Source of the DNA: the human T2T-CHM13v2.0 reference genome, Homo sapiens
DNA length: 64,000 nt
Assembly: GCF_009914755.1 (NCBI RefSeq)
Contig: NC_060944.1
Direction: 5' to 3' (one strand)
In this document: piece by piece, positions 62,510 to 64,000 of the stretch
How the letters are laid out: the number at the start of each line of letters is the position of its first letter
Position numbering within the stretch: position 1 is the stretch's first letter
The notes under the pieces: model-generated
Databases searched by the model: none
Seen by the model: the letters and a program-made list of their open reading frames with translations, nothing else
Told to the model about the DNA's origin: nothing
Program-made: the position numbers and the translations under genes

Positions 62510-64000
62510 GGATTAAATCAGATGATAGTGAATATCTCAGGCACAGTGCCGGGTGCATAGTGCTTGCTCAATAAACATTAGCTAGGCAACAGCTGATTCC
62601 TAATTAGGCCTCAATGTGAAGACAGAAGCAGGGACTGAAACCACACACAACCGGTTTGAAGAATAACAACAACTTAGTCTAAAAACATCTGCTTTGAAAG
62701 CAAACGCTTAGGAAAGGGCAGTTGTTCATTTCACACTTGGATTGTACATTTCTGTAGGCTGGAGTCGCAACCACCTTGATCACCGATCAACGCACACTGG
62801 CACCAACCACCATGCCAGACACACAGGAGGCACTTCGTAAATGCTTGTGAAATGAATACATGGGTGAGGGAAAGTGGCGGAGAGCAGTCTGCGTGAGGAC
62901 GTAAGCACAGGTCCTTCTCTGGAGGCAGGAGAATGAAAATCATCCCACGGGTCGGGGCCGGGTCAGTGAGGAAGGGAGGGAAGGAGTTCTGAGAATGTCA
63001 ATCTGCAGGACAACTTCTAGTTTCCACCTTTTGCATGAGGGATTTCCAAGTGCCCCAGGGCCTGGGAGTCCCCATTCATCAACCCTGGGTGCTACCAGGG
63101 ACAGGGCCCATTGTGATTTGTGAGGCCTGCCTGAGTGCTGGTGGGGCAGGGGTGAGGCAGGCGCCCATGCTCCTTCCTGACCTCTCCAGCACGCTCCATC
63201 CACTTGCATGGAATCACGGCAGTGGGGAATGAGAAACACCCCTCCATCACTGCCACTGGGAACCCCCGTCCCTCCAAACCTGCCGCCTGCCTGAGCTCCT
63301 GAGGGCACCCTCACCCTGCATGGGCCTCCTTCCTGCCAGGGAGGGAGCCCTGTGCGAGGCAACCAGGGGTTGCCCCGGAGCCAGTCCCACTTCTGCCATC
63401 TGCGGGTGACAGCGAGAGACCTCTCTAGGGTGTCCCCTGCCTGAGACGACCGTGAGGATGGTGTGGCGCTGCCTCTTACAAGGGTGGTCCCAGCATCGAG
63501 AAGGGAACGGCCCTCCCAGACCTTTCACTGCTTAAAATAACCAACTTTTTAATTTAGCAACCATTGTCGTTTCACGTTCAATTCTGTAAGCAATAATAGA
63601 GCTCTCCACGTACCCTCCACCTCCTCCCCTGCTGGCAGCACCTTACAAAACTCGATTCTCTGTGGTTTTCCCAGAATCAGAACTTGTGTACGCTTTAGTC
63701 ACCCCCTCATTTTACAGAAGAAGGAACTGCAACCTGGTCAGTCCCCCCTCAAGGTGACACGGCCAGCTGGGAACTGGACATGGCCACCACACCTAGCTTA
63801 GCAGACCTCACCCTCTCGGCTTCTCCTCTCTGCCTGAGGTACTCCCCCCAAGGTCTTCCCACCGCTGACTCCTTCTCATCCCTCATTCTCAGCACAAGGT
63901 CAGCCCTGCTGAGAGACCCTCTCAGACCAATAAAGCAGCCCCCAGGCACAGTCATGTGACACTGTCGAATCTCCTCCTCCGTTCAGTATCTGACTCTGTT

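Overview
Primate (almost certainly human) genomic DNA covering the tandem minus-strand ZBP1 and PMEPA1 genes, which I recall lie at chr20q13.3. 1-2.6 kb: ZBP1 intron 1, first coding exon (MAQAPADPGRE-G) and an ISRE-containing promoter. ~2.6-30 kb: TE-dense intergenic region with a solo LTR12C, a heavily nested old L1, a Ricksha MULE transposon, THE1, MLT/MST, Alu and MIR elements. ~30.3-41.6 kb: PMEPA1 3'UTR and coding exons 4, 3 and 2, with exact GT-AG junctions. 41.6-64 kb: PMEPA1 intron 1. Almost all other ORFs in the track are chance frames in GC-rich or repeat DNA. I found no new protein-coding system. The most unusual unexplained signals are three short inverted local copies: a 34-bp pri-miRNA-like hairpin in PMEPA1 intron 2, a 93-bp 96%-identical inverted repeat in intron 1, and a Ricksha fragment pasted into an Alu 5 kb from its apparent source. 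Also notable are a stop-free read-through frame across PMEPA1 intron 3 and an LTR12C ~8 kb upstream of ZBP1. Repeat subfamily names are from recognition, not from a RepeatMasker run.
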